From an uncultured Chloroflexia bacterium (GTDB taxonomy: Bacteria; Chloroflexota; Chloroflexia; QHBQ01; JADMIH01), in NCBI GenBank assembly GCA_963797095.1, contig CAWCNY010000004.1:288001-352000 (forward strand): a DNA stretch of 64,000 bases. Reading direction: 5' to 3'. The first letter of the stretch is position 1, and each line of letters starts with the position of its first letter. The notes under the pieces were generated by a model. It made no database searches, was not told where the DNA came from, and saw nothing but the letters and a program-made list of their open reading frames with translations. This document shows positions 37,966 to 46,640 of this stretch, piece by piece. The position numbers and the translations under genes were made by a program.

Positions 37966-38026
37966 TTTTCAATGTCGACCTGCCTGCGCTCAGTTATCTC
38001 CGGTTCCGATCACTGAGCGCCCGGCG

Positions 38027-39613
38027 CTAAGGCTGCACGGTGATAGTTACCGTCCCCTGGACCTGCCCGAAATTGTTCCGGGCCACCAGGATATGCTGTT
38101 CCGTCTGGCGGGGTTGCAGCGAAACGCTCCCGTTTGGCCCTGTGACCTTACTTCCGTCAAAGAGTATCTCGTCCGCTCTCAATACTTCCCAACTCACTAC
38201 CACCCCGTCGCCAGGCTTGATCAACTCCGGCTCCGCCTTGAACGAAGTGATCTCCGGAGGGCGCAGCAGCAGAACTCCCAGGCTGCGGCTCGCCGTCTCT
38301 TTGCCGTTTGTCGCTATCAACGTCATAGCCTGGTCTGACGTCGGGTCCACGGGCTTTGTGCCCACAAGTGTAACCACATCCGAATTTAGTGTCACTGTCA
38401 GCGCGTTCGTCACCTCCCACGTCACCGCCAACCCGCCACTGCCATCTGTTGTCCAATCGAACTTCAATATTCGTAATGGCCCCATTCCCCCCGGACCGCT
38501 GTTAGCCGCCGCGACCGCCGTAAGAGTCGCCGGGATGTTCGGGCCGTTCGCGGCCTGCGCCGTCAGTGTAGCGGCCACGTTCGGCCCACTATTCGCGGCC
38601 AGCGCTGTAAGTGTAGCCTGCGCATTCAGCACAAGCGCCGTCTGTGTAGCGCTGGCGTCCACCGCGTTTGGGTTCCGATTGTCGGTCGGCCTCAACAAAA
38701 GGAACAGTAACAAACCCAGCAACAGCAGCGGGAACAACACCGCCAGCACCCGCCGCAACACCAGCGGCATCTTCGACCACCACGAAAAGACCGGGCGATA
38801 CACAAGCTCGCCCATTATCCGCCGAGCCTGGTATGCTTCCCATTCTATTCCCGGTGGTGTAGCCGCGATCTCAAATCGCAAGTCCCGTTCAGGTCCAAAC
38901 CAGATACGTTTCGCTGGCCCCACCGTCACCGGTATAGCCACCAGCGATGATGCAGGGATAGTCATAGCCAGCGCGCCCTGTGCGGCCTCCTCGCCCGGCG
39001 CGGTCCATTCGGTCGCGACGCGCGATGCCGGTGTGGTTTCACCCACAGCCGTGCCCGTAGCCACATCGAAACTCTCTGTAGGCGCGTTAGGATCGGACCG
39101 CTTCCCGCCTTTCACTATCGGCGTAACCTGCGCTTCCCCGAACGCAAAACTCAGAATCTCGTCGGCATCCGAGGGGTGCAACACCACTGCCCGCTCGATG
39201 TTCCCTTCATTTCGCAGCGACAGTGTGAACACACCCTTGCGTGCCACCACCTTCTGTGGCTCGATCTCCAGCACCAGTTCCGACTCGGGGGCAATCGTGA
39301 GCGTAATCGTTGCTAAGGAATACTCCGTGGCCGCATCAACCGATGTGACGAGAAGCTGAAACGTGTAACTACCCGCTAGAGTAGACCCCACGGGCGGGTG
39401 AACTTGCAAGTTCACCTCAGCTGCATCACCCGGAAATAGCGAGATCTGGTCGGACGCAAGTGTGCACCACGATGGGTCCACGTTGGTCATGCTCAGTTGG
39501 AAGGCATCCACAACAGGCCCTGAGTTAGTCACCGTGAAGGTAATACCGGCTGTTTCGCCCGGCGCAAGTTGCAAATCGGTCTGTTCAGGTGTAAGAGCTA
39601 TCCGGGACGCCAT
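38027..39613 (-). CDS. Bitopic membrane protein with N-terminal Ig-like domains (CisA-like adaptor 1)
   Basis: LAPGE..VTNSGPVVDAFQL..ISLFPGD..HPPVGSTLAG; TM VLAVLFPLLLLGLLLFLLL; ATLTA repeats; C-terminal Ig-like domains. Confidence 0.72.
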   Translation of the reverse strand: MASRIALTPEQTDLQLAPGETAGITFTVTNSGPVVDAFQLSMTNVDPSWCTLASDQISLFPGDAAEVNLQVHPPVGSTLAGSYTFQLLVTSVDAATEYSLATITLTIAPESELVLEIEPQKVVARKGVFTLSLRNEGNIERAVVLHPSDADEILSFAFGEAQVTPIVKGGKRSDPNAPTESFDVATGTAVGETTPASRVATEWTAPGEEAAQGALAMTIPASSLVAIPVTVGPAKRIWFGPERDLRFEIAATPPGIEWEAYQARRIMGELVYRPVFSWWSKMPLVLRRVLAVLFPLLLLGLLLFLLLRPTDNRNPNAVDASATQTALVLNAQATLTALAANSGPNVAATLTAQAANGPNIPATLTAVAAANSGPGGMGPLRILKFDWTTDGSGGLAVTWEVTNALTVTLNSDVVTLVGTKPVDPTSDQAMTLIATNGKETASRSLGVLLLRPPEITSFKAEPELIKPGDGVVVSWEVLRADEILFDGSKVTGPNGSVSLQPRQTEQHILVARNNFGQVQGTVTITVQP

Positions 39614-39615
39614 GC

Positions 39616-40776
39616 TTATTTCTTTTCGCTCCGGCGGGCACGCGCTACGTTGCCCTTACGCACAAGAGCGTATGCCAGCAAATTCTCTGCGAACTCGACC
39701 GCCGTGCGGATAATCGCACGATCCAGGGGTTTGTCCGCCAATCCTCCGTTCCATGTGCATGAATAATCGGCGCTGCTGACCACGAAACCGTTGTCTTCGA
39801 ACAGTTGGGCGGGTGCTGCCCCCGGCGGAGGAGCCGCGAACACGTGCCGTGCTACCAGCAGTGGGTGGTTGCGCTCCACCGGCTTTGGTTTCCGCCCTAG
39901 CGCCTGCGCGACCGTCGCGATCGTGCGCTGTGCTTCGGCACCGCCCGCCAAACATGCCTCCGCCAGCAATACCCCGCCTCCATCCAGGAACGCCGCCAGC
40001 CGCTTTCGCTCGTTATCACTCAGCGTTGTCTTCGCATGCACCGGCATAACAATCACTTCGGCTTCTATCGGCTCTTCGGCTGCTCCGTGTGGCTGGTCCC
40101 GCCTCCTGATACGCCAATCAACCCCGGCTGCCAGGTTCTCAAACAGGCGTGTCGGCCCCGCCAGGTGGTTTCCATAGTTCGCTGGAGCATCGGCGGGCTT
40201 CCACACCCCCACGGTTGTGCGCGGACCTGGCCGAATGGCCGCCACTTCGCGATAGCGGGTGTCTATCTCGTTCGGCTTCGGTGCCGTGCTGTCGGCGGCA
40301 TCGCGCAGAGCTGTCTTGGTATCGGTAAGCTCGATCCGCGCCAGTTCCACGTGCGCCTGATCAGGCAACCGATCGCGCTCATAAATCGCGTATGCCTCCA
40401 GCATCCGGCTCGGCTTTTCAGTCCCATCCTCAACCGAAATCGCGGGTTGCGTCGGTATTTCGCGGAACACAAGCACCAGGTACACCAATCCCGGCACCTG
40501 GGTTGTAATCTGGTACCTGAAGGGTTGCGCAACCAGTATCAATCGCCCCTCGGGGTCCACCGCCACCCCGGGCCGCACCCACACCGACCTGTCCGCGGGC
40601 TCGGCGGCGTCGATTTCCAACCCCACGACGATCCCCCAGCCGTGCATGGCAAGCGCGTGCGCCTGCGATGCCAGCCGGTGATAGTCATGCGAATCACCCC
40701 ACGTCTGGGCGTCGATCATCAGCCCCATGAAAGGGTTTACACGCTTCAACTGCACACGTGGTACAGCGTTATCCAT
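39616..40776 (-). CDS. Baseplate/fibre-associated protein: fibre-like N-terminal domain + DUF4159-like domain
   Basis: N-term KRVNPFMGL..DYHR..HGWGIVVGLEI..GVAVDPEGR; C-term LSDNERKRLAAFLDGGGVLLAEAC..HPL..DYSCTW. Confidence 0.6.
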   Translation of the reverse strand: MDNAVPRVQLKRVNPFMGLMIDAQTWGDSHDYHRLASQAHALAMHGWGIVVGLEIDAAEPADRSVWVRPGVAVDPEGRLILVAQPFRYQITTQVPGLVYLVLVFREIPTQPAISVEDGTEKPSRMLEAYAIYERDRLPDQAHVELARIELTDTKTALRDAADSTAPKPNEIDTRYREVAAIRPGPRTTVGVWKPADAPANYGNHLAGPTRLFENLAAGVDWRIRRRDQPHGAAEEPIEAEVIVMPVHAKTTLSDNERKRLAAFLDGGGVLLAEACLAGGAEAQRTIATVAQALGRKPKPVERNHPLLVARHVFAAPPPGAAPAQLFEDNGFVVSSADYSCTWNGGLADKPLDRAIIRTAVEFAENLLAYALVRKGNVARARRSEKK

Positions 40777-40825
40777 AGCATCTCCTCTGTGGCTCAATGG
40801 CCGGCACTATCACATACTTCTCGCA

Positions 40826-41533
40826 CTACTTCTTTGTTTCTGCTTTTCGCCTCCTGCCTGACTGCTGATCCTTGCTCCCCTTCTTCTCAAGCTTGACCAT
40901 GCGCAATATGTAGCTTGATTCAACCGGTTTATCGGCCTCGATTATTGAGCGCAGCGTTTCAATGTCCAATTCCTTAGGGTCGGGCACCGCCACAGTGATA
41001 GTAAAAGTGCGCGCGCGGTCCTCACCAATGGAAGTATTGAGGCCAAGCCGAGCATCCCCATCCAACCGAAAACCGTTTGTTCTGTCCTGGAGCAAGGTAA
41101 GCCCGCCCGCATAAATCCCGATGTGCCTCTTTATTCCTGCCGCGGTGCCCCTCATCCTGTAGAGCGCCGCGATTGCCGCCACCAGTGCGCGCCTCTTGGG
41201 CATCGGCCAGTCGTCCGCCTCGTCGTCCAGGTTCACCCAGAACTCCATCCAATCAAGCAGAGCCACAGGCGCGGTCATTGGATCGAAATAATAAGGCTGG
41301 TTATCCACCATCACCTGGATCGGCCCAAGCACATCCTCGAAGATCCTCAGAAACCGCCCTGCGAAGCTATCGGCAGAATAAATGGCCGGCAGATACTTCA
41401 GGTAGTTCGAAGCCTCCGGCTCAGTACCATCCGGGAAAGGGGGTGCCGCATGCCCGTTCAATGTGGGCCCCTGCGGTATCTGCGGCGCACCGGTCTCAAC
41501 CGTTCCTGTTAGCGATGTCAGCTTATCAGGCAT
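40826..41533 (-). CDS. Baseplate wedge / P2 gpI-like tail protein
   Basis: YLKYLPAIY..RFLRIFEDVL..FDPMTAP..LYRMRGTAAG. Confidence 0.88.
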   Translation of the reverse strand: MPDKLTSLTGTVETGAPQIPQGPTLNGHAAPPFPDGTEPEASNYLKYLPAIYSADSFAGRFLRIFEDVLGPIQVMVDNQPYYFDPMTAPVALLDWMEFWVNLDDEADDWPMPKRRALVAAIAALYRMRGTAAGIKRHIGIYAGGLTLLQDRTNGFRLDGDARLGLNTSIGEDRARTFTITVAVPDPKELDIETLRSIIEADKPVESSYILRMVKLEKKGSKDQQSGRRRKAETKK

Positions 41534-41580
41534 AAAACCTACTTCCTATCTCCCAAGTCAACCTCACCATGCCCCACTTT

Positions 41581-43542
41581 CTACTTCACGCTGACTCTAT
41601 GCGTGTGCGATGCCAGCAACCCATCCTTGGGACATGACAGAGTAGCTCCTACACCCGTCCGGTTGTCGTTGGACACATCGACCACGAACAGCCGCACGTT
41701 CTCCACAAACTCCACTCCCTCAATTCCCTGCACCAGCGCCGTAACCTCCGATTGGAACAGGCTCCGCTCCCAGGGCCAACCCGTCCCTTCTGTCCCTCCA
41801 TGTACGGGGTTGATCAACCTGTAGAGTCGCTTCTGTATCTCGGCCAACAGTGCTTCCTTGTTCGCTCGCCTGCGCGATTGCACCTCGACCTCCACACTAA
41901 CAAAGCGATATTCGGGCGCGTCAAGTTGCACCTGCGAAGTAAGCAGCCTCCTGTCATTCAGATACTGCATTACCTCGGCCCGTGCTCTATCATTCAATCG
42001 CAGTTCGCTGAGCGGCACGGGAGTGTCCTCATGATTGGTCTGGGGCACCAGCAGCACCTTAATCACGGCCCGCCCCGCTGCCAGCGCATCCGGTGTGGGC
42101 GGCACGCATCTCGCTCGCGCCACCTCCGGCGAAGCCTGCATAGCCAAATACTCGAAATCGTCCGTGGTAACAGCACGCGATCGAGCCCGCAGCATCGCCG
42201 GAGCCCTCAGCATTGCCATCTCAAGGGTCTCAGCATCTTCCCCACCAATAGCAGGCGAGAAGTTGGTTACCCGGTCAATATACGGAATAGACGACTTCAG
42301 CACCGTGATAGTGTTCTTGCCTATGTTCCCCCGCGTGCCCCCACCCGTTCTGTAGTGCGTGAATCTGATCAGCCTTCCCTGTGGCGGCACCGCCCCATAT
42401 TGCACCTCGCGCCCTCCCGCGTCGCGTATTGTTGGCCCAAATCGTAGCACCCCGGAATATTCGTCCAGTGTATAGTGCAGGTCTTCGTTCCCCGAGTCCC
42501 CAAAGTCTGAAACCTCCTCCCACTCCTCGAAGCTGCCGTCCTCCTGCTCCACCTCCACTACCTCTCCAGGTCTCCGCTCAAGCACAGGCGCGTAGCTCAA
42601 CTGCCACTCCTGACCCGCTTCGCCGTTTGATCTCCCCAAAACCTCGTTCTCGATCCTCTCCACCTGGCTGGCCGGGACGATCCCACCCAGCGACTCTGTC
42701 ACCACCCGGTGAACCCGAGGCGCATTGGAGTACGCCGGTTGCTTGGGGCGCGGCGATATGGCCCGGCACCTGATCCAGAACGCCACCCGCCCATCAAGAT
42801 CGCGAGGGCGTGCCCCAAAGGGCACATGCACGATAACGATCCCCTCCCGGTTCAGGCCGCCCGTCGTGTCCTCTTCCAGGTGCATCGGAAGCCACTCATT
42901 GGCCGGACCGTCCCAATATTCCCAAGCGAGTGGAGGATCTTTGGGGTCCACGCCATACCCCTTGATCGTAGCGTCAATATCCAGCCGCAGGATATGCCCC
43001 CTCAAATCCTCATAATATCCGAAATACATAGAGTCGTTGGGCTGTGGCGGGTCCTGGAAAATACCAACATCCAGGCTAGCATCCCGAAGCGCAGGCATAT
43101 AGTCATAGAATGCCTGTCCAACCCTGCTCACAAGCAACCCGTATTGTGTTGGCACATAAATTGTCAGGTCATAGTCCGTGGCAAACGTAATCGCATTCTG
43201 CTGCTCGGTCCGGACCGTAGCTACCTCTGTACCCAATGGAATCAGCACAGCGGCGGGTTGGGGTGCGGTCAAATAGAGCACTATATCAGTACGGGCCGGG
43301 CGCGGTGGCTCCAGCTTCAACCCAAGCATCTCAAGCCACTTGATATAGTTGCGCTCCGGTACCCGGTTGATCCTGAACAGCAGTATATCCACCATGTAGG
43401 CGAACAGCTCGATCAACGTCACGCCAGGGTCCGACACGTTGTGATCGGTCCACTCTGGGGTGTATCGCGGAATGAGCTTCTTCGCCTCGTTTACGAGGTC
43501 CTGGAAACTGCGGTCATCAAGTCTCGGTACTGGTAAAACCAT
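41581..43542 (-). CDS. Baseplate J-like wedge protein (Afp11/Pvc11-like)
   Basis: LDDRSFQDLV..PEWTDHNVSDPGVTLIELFA, YRTGGGTRGN, RAVTTDDFE. Confidence 0.93.
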   Translation of the reverse strand: MVLPVPRLDDRSFQDLVNEAKKLIPRYTPEWTDHNVSDPGVTLIELFAYMVDILLFRINRVPERNYIKWLEMLGLKLEPPRPARTDIVLYLTAPQPAAVLIPLGTEVATVRTEQQNAITFATDYDLTIYVPTQYGLLVSRVGQAFYDYMPALRDASLDVGIFQDPPQPNDSMYFGYYEDLRGHILRLDIDATIKGYGVDPKDPPLAWEYWDGPANEWLPMHLEEDTTGGLNREGIVIVHVPFGARPRDLDGRVAFWIRCRAISPRPKQPAYSNAPRVHRVVTESLGGIVPASQVERIENEVLGRSNGEAGQEWQLSYAPVLERRPGEVVEVEQEDGSFEEWEEVSDFGDSGNEDLHYTLDEYSGVLRFGPTIRDAGGREVQYGAVPPQGRLIRFTHYRTGGGTRGNIGKNTITVLKSSIPYIDRVTNFSPAIGGEDAETLEMAMLRAPAMLRARSRAVTTDDFEYLAMQASPEVARARCVPPTPDALAAGRAVIKVLLVPQTNHEDTPVPLSELRLNDRARAEVMQYLNDRRLLTSQVQLDAPEYRFVSVEVEVQSRRRANKEALLAEIQKRLYRLINPVHGGTEGTGWPWERSLFQSEVTALVQGIEGVEFVENVRLFVVDVSNDNRTGVGATLSCPKDGLLASHTHRVSVK

Positions 43543-43596
43543 CTATTGCTCCCAAGGCAGAGTGCGGAACGCCTATCTTCTGCGAGTCCTGGCCGC

Positions 43597-43995
43597 CTAC
43601 TCAGGCCTGATTAGATAGAACGGGTACACCAGATTACGCTGGTCATTCGTAGTGCGCACCCGGTAGTGAATATTGATCAAGAGTTTGTTGCGCTCATCGA
43701 AATCTGTATCCACGTCCACGCGCAGTATCTCGACGCGAGGCTCCCACCAACCTATCGCCTCAGTGACGTACGTCTCCACCAATCCAGCCGTCGTGGCGTT
43801 ATTCGGTGCGAACACAAGATCATGGATTCCGCAACCGAACTCAGGCCTCATATGCCGCTCACCTTTGGCCGTACTCAGTATGATTCGGATCGCCTCGTCA
43901 ATATCAAACTCCTGCCGCGACAGGGCGATCCCCCCGCTGGGGCTTATCCTGAACGGGAAAGCCCAACCATTACCAAGAAAATCACCTTCGTCCAT
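43597..43995 (-). CDS. gp25/GPW-like baseplate protein (Afp9-like)
   Basis: FLGNGWAFP, IILSTAKGERHMRPEFGC, WEPRV, NLVYPFYL. Confidence 0.95.
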   Translation of the reverse strand: MDEGDFLGNGWAFPFRISPSGGIALSRQEFDIDEAIRIILSTAKGERHMRPEFGCGIHDLVFAPNNATTAGLVETYVTEAIGWWEPRVEILRVDVDTDFDERNKLLINIHYRVRTTNDQRNLVYPFYLIRPE

Positions 43996-44045
43996 ACTCA
44001 CTCCTATGGTAGTAGATAGCCGCTAGTCATAATCAAGCAGCCACC

Positions 44046-44165
44046 ACTCGTCACTCGTTACTCGTCACTCGTTACTCGTTACTCGTCACTCCTCCAACTA
44101 CCGACTACCGACTACCGACTACCGACTACCGACTACCGACTACCGACTACCGACTACCGACTACC
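44046..44165. repeat. Two adjacent heptamer tandem arrays: (ACTCGTY)x6 and (ACTACCG)x9
   Basis: Directly visible at 44046-44091 and 44097-44165 between vgrG and gp25. Confidence 0.95.
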
Positions 44166-44166
44166 C

Positions 44167-45894
44167 TTAATTCATATTGATCCTGATCCCCTTGATATTC
44201 ACCTGTCCCGGTGTGCCTTCGATGTCTACTCCTTGCAACCCACTGATCTTCACCTTGCCCGTCTTCGACTTAATTTCGATATCCTGTTGCGCCTCGATCA
44301 GTATCTTGTTCTCCTTCGCGATAATCCTGATCAGGTTCTGTTCCGTCTTGTCTATCAGAATTATCCCTTCCGTAGGATCGGGGCTGTCATCAATCGTGAT
44401 CTCGTGTCCCAGCCTGCTCCTCATCACGCGCCTGATCGTTTGGCCCCCTGTCACCAACTTCCCAAGAGGTTTCGGCAATTTATCGTTACCGTTCCACACC
44501 GCCCCCAGCACATACCCGTAATTGGGGTCGCCATTCTGGAACGCCACCACCACTTCATCGTTCACTTCGGGCAAAAACGCGATGCCCCTTTGCGCCCCCG
44601 CCATCGTGCTCGCCAGCCTGCACCAATGGCTCTCGGTATCCAGCGCTGGTATCTTCACCTTCACTCTACCCAGGTTGTCGGGGTCCATATTGTTCGTAAC
44701 CAACCCCACCAACACCCCGTTTGCGGTCGGCTTGCCGCCTCGACCGTTGCTGCCGGGCGCTGCCGATGCGCCATTCTGGCTCCCCGACAGCAGGTCTGTG
44801 ATAGTCATCGTGCCGTTACCCCCACTCACCCAGAATTGCGTCGTATAAGCCTTGGATGTGTACCGGTGTTGCGCCCTCGTCACCAGGTATTTACCGCTGA
44901 ACCGCTCGCCCACCCCCTCAATCTTCACTGCGGTAGAGGCTTGTATCGCGGGGTTGCCCGAAGCCCGCCCCTCTGCCTGGACGAAATTGCTCGACATCCT
45001 ATCCAGGGCCGCCTGCGCGACCTTTTCGGCCTCCTTCGGCGAAAACACGGGGCGGTCTACGATCATATGCTTACCATGGATCGAGTGAGCCAGTACCGCC
45101 TCAGTTGCCCCCGTCCTTCCCTGGTCCCGGCGGTTCTGCAATGCCCCGGATGGGCGTGTCGCCCTCCCTACGATCTCTCGCTTTCCTTTCGGGTCCCACC
45201 CGCGCACCTCCACCTCCGTCACCTGCTCCATCGTCGTCAGGCGCGCCCTGAACTGCTGCAACGTCAACCCCCACTTTAGTACAGTCTCAACAGAAGGAGA
45301 CTCGGGCGGCTTCTCAAAATGCAGCGTCTTCCCTTCCACGTACAACCTGTACCCTATCCGCTGCGCCCGCTCCATCAGGAATTCCCAATCGGTCTGGTTC
45401 GCCTGCATCAGATACTCATACACCTCACTTGTGGCAGTAACTACTGCACGCAGGCTGGCTCCCTGCGCCAACCGCTGGGCGATATCCGAATCGGTCATGT
45501 TCAGATATGTCGTTGTTCGCCGCACTCTATGCAGACGGTGCGACAAATCATACCCGCGCGCCGTCAGCGTCGAACGCTCGGTACTGTTGATGTCCGGCTC
45601 GATAGAAGTGATCTCGCCCTTCATGAGCAGCACCCGGTCTGTGCTGCTCTCCAGTTGTATAGATAACTTCACTTTCCTCCCAGGCTTAAACACATCCGCC
45701 TTCAATGCGTCAAGATTCGGGTCCATGAGGTGTACCGCGAACATATCCGGCAGATAGAGCGAATCGTCCACCTCTACGCCCAACAGATTTGCCATATGCA
45801 CAGGGTCAAGGTGTTGATACCCGCCATCGGCGTCAATGTCGCCGTCGGTCAACTGGATGTAAATTTGCGATATGTGTTGTGTTGGCCCGCTCAT
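44167..45894 (-). CDS. VgrG-like spike protein (Afp8-like)
   Basis: RGYDLSHRL, QANQTDWEFL, VEVRGWDP, DPDNLGRVKV, LPEVNDEVVVAF. Confidence 0.93.
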   Translation of the reverse strand: MSGPTQHISQIYIQLTDGDIDADGGYQHLDPVHMANLLGVEVDDSLYLPDMFAVHLMDPNLDALKADVFKPGRKVKLSIQLESSTDRVLLMKGEITSIEPDINSTERSTLTARGYDLSHRLHRVRRTTTYLNMTDSDIAQRLAQGASLRAVVTATSEVYEYLMQANQTDWEFLMERAQRIGYRLYVEGKTLHFEKPPESPSVETVLKWGLTLQQFRARLTTMEQVTEVEVRGWDPKGKREIVGRATRPSGALQNRRDQGRTGATEAVLAHSIHGKHMIVDRPVFSPKEAEKVAQAALDRMSSNFVQAEGRASGNPAIQASTAVKIEGVGERFSGKYLVTRAQHRYTSKAYTTQFWVSGGNGTMTITDLLSGSQNGASAAPGSNGRGGKPTANGVLVGLVTNNMDPDNLGRVKVKIPALDTESHWCRLASTMAGAQRGIAFLPEVNDEVVVAFQNGDPNYGYVLGAVWNGNDKLPKPLGKLVTGGQTIRRVMRSRLGHEITIDDSPDPTEGIILIDKTEQNLIRIIAKENKILIEAQQDIEIKSKTGKVKISGLQGVDIEGTPGQVNIKGIRINMN

Positions 45895-45920
45895 CCTTCA
45901 CCCACAATGCCCAATAAACC

Positions 45921-45955
45921 ACTCGCTACTCGTCACTCGCCACTCGTCACTCGTC
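45921..45955. repeat. Heptamer tandem repeat (ACTCGYY)x5
   Basis: actcgct actcgtc actcgcc actcgtc actcgtc. Confidence 0.9.
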
Positions 45956-45967
45956 GTCTTCCGTCTT

Positions 45968-46627
45968 TCAATCATTCAGCGGCGGTACAACCAGCCGCTG
46001 CCCCGGCCTCAAACGGCTGGGATCGTCCAGCTTGTTGGCGGCTGCCAGGTGCCGCCACGCGTTACTGATTCCATACTCCACGAAAGCGATCCAATCTATC
46101 GTTTCCCCCTCTTTCACCATATGCATTGAATACCCCTGCTTAGCGCCCGAGGTGGGGTTCTGCCCAGGCCACTGTTCCTCCTCCTCGGCCTGAAGCATCT
46201 GGAGTGTCACTATCGACCGCACGGGCTTACCTTCCGGCAAGAACAGTGTAAACTTCTCCGATATCGACGTGATAACCGCCTTGAAGCTCCAGAAGCGCCC
46301 CCACCTGAACTCAATGTGGGGTGGCTCGCTCCGCTTGGTGGCCCTATCTTGCCTGCTTGGCGTTACCTTCATCATCTTCCATAACTTGCCCGTAACGTCG
46401 CGCACGTCTGTGCCCTTCTCGTACGTGTCGAACATCAATTCCACCTGCAAGGTCTTTGGCTGCCCCCCGTTGAACTTGGGTGGCTGCATCGAAGCTCCGG
46501 CTGCCTTGCCCGGCGTCCACTGATTCTGCTTGGAAAAAGTGTACTCTTTGGGCCGAAAGATGCACTGAACTTCATCCCCATCGGTGAGATTCTTTATGGT
46601 AGCTCGTTCCAGACTGGCACCGGCCAT
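45968..46627 (-). CDS. CIS tube initiator with LysM domain (Afp7-like)
   Basis: FRPKEYTFSK, LMFDTYE, FTLFLPEGKPVR, C-term VKEGETIDWIA..WRHLAAAN..LRPGQRL. Confidence 0.9.
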   Translation of the reverse strand: MAGASLERATIKNLTDGDEVQCIFRPKEYTFSKQNQWTPGKAAGASMQPPKFNGGQPKTLQVELMFDTYEKGTDVRDVTGKLWKMMKVTPSRQDRATKRSEPPHIEFRWGRFWSFKAVITSISEKFTLFLPEGKPVRSIVTLQMLQAEEEEQWPGQNPTSGAKQGYSMHMVKEGETIDWIAFVEYGISNAWRHLAAANKLDDPSRLRPGQRLVVPPLND

Positions 46628-46640
46628 CTTGTTTCTCCTC

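Noticed and set aside
38040-39359. Long plus-strand ORFs here and at 14435-15523, 17757-18893 and 44233-45279
   Set aside because: Antisense shadows of well-supported minus-strand genes in GC-rich DNA
44046-44165. Possible CRISPR array
   Set aside because: 7-bp tandem units with no unique spacers, and no cas genes nearby
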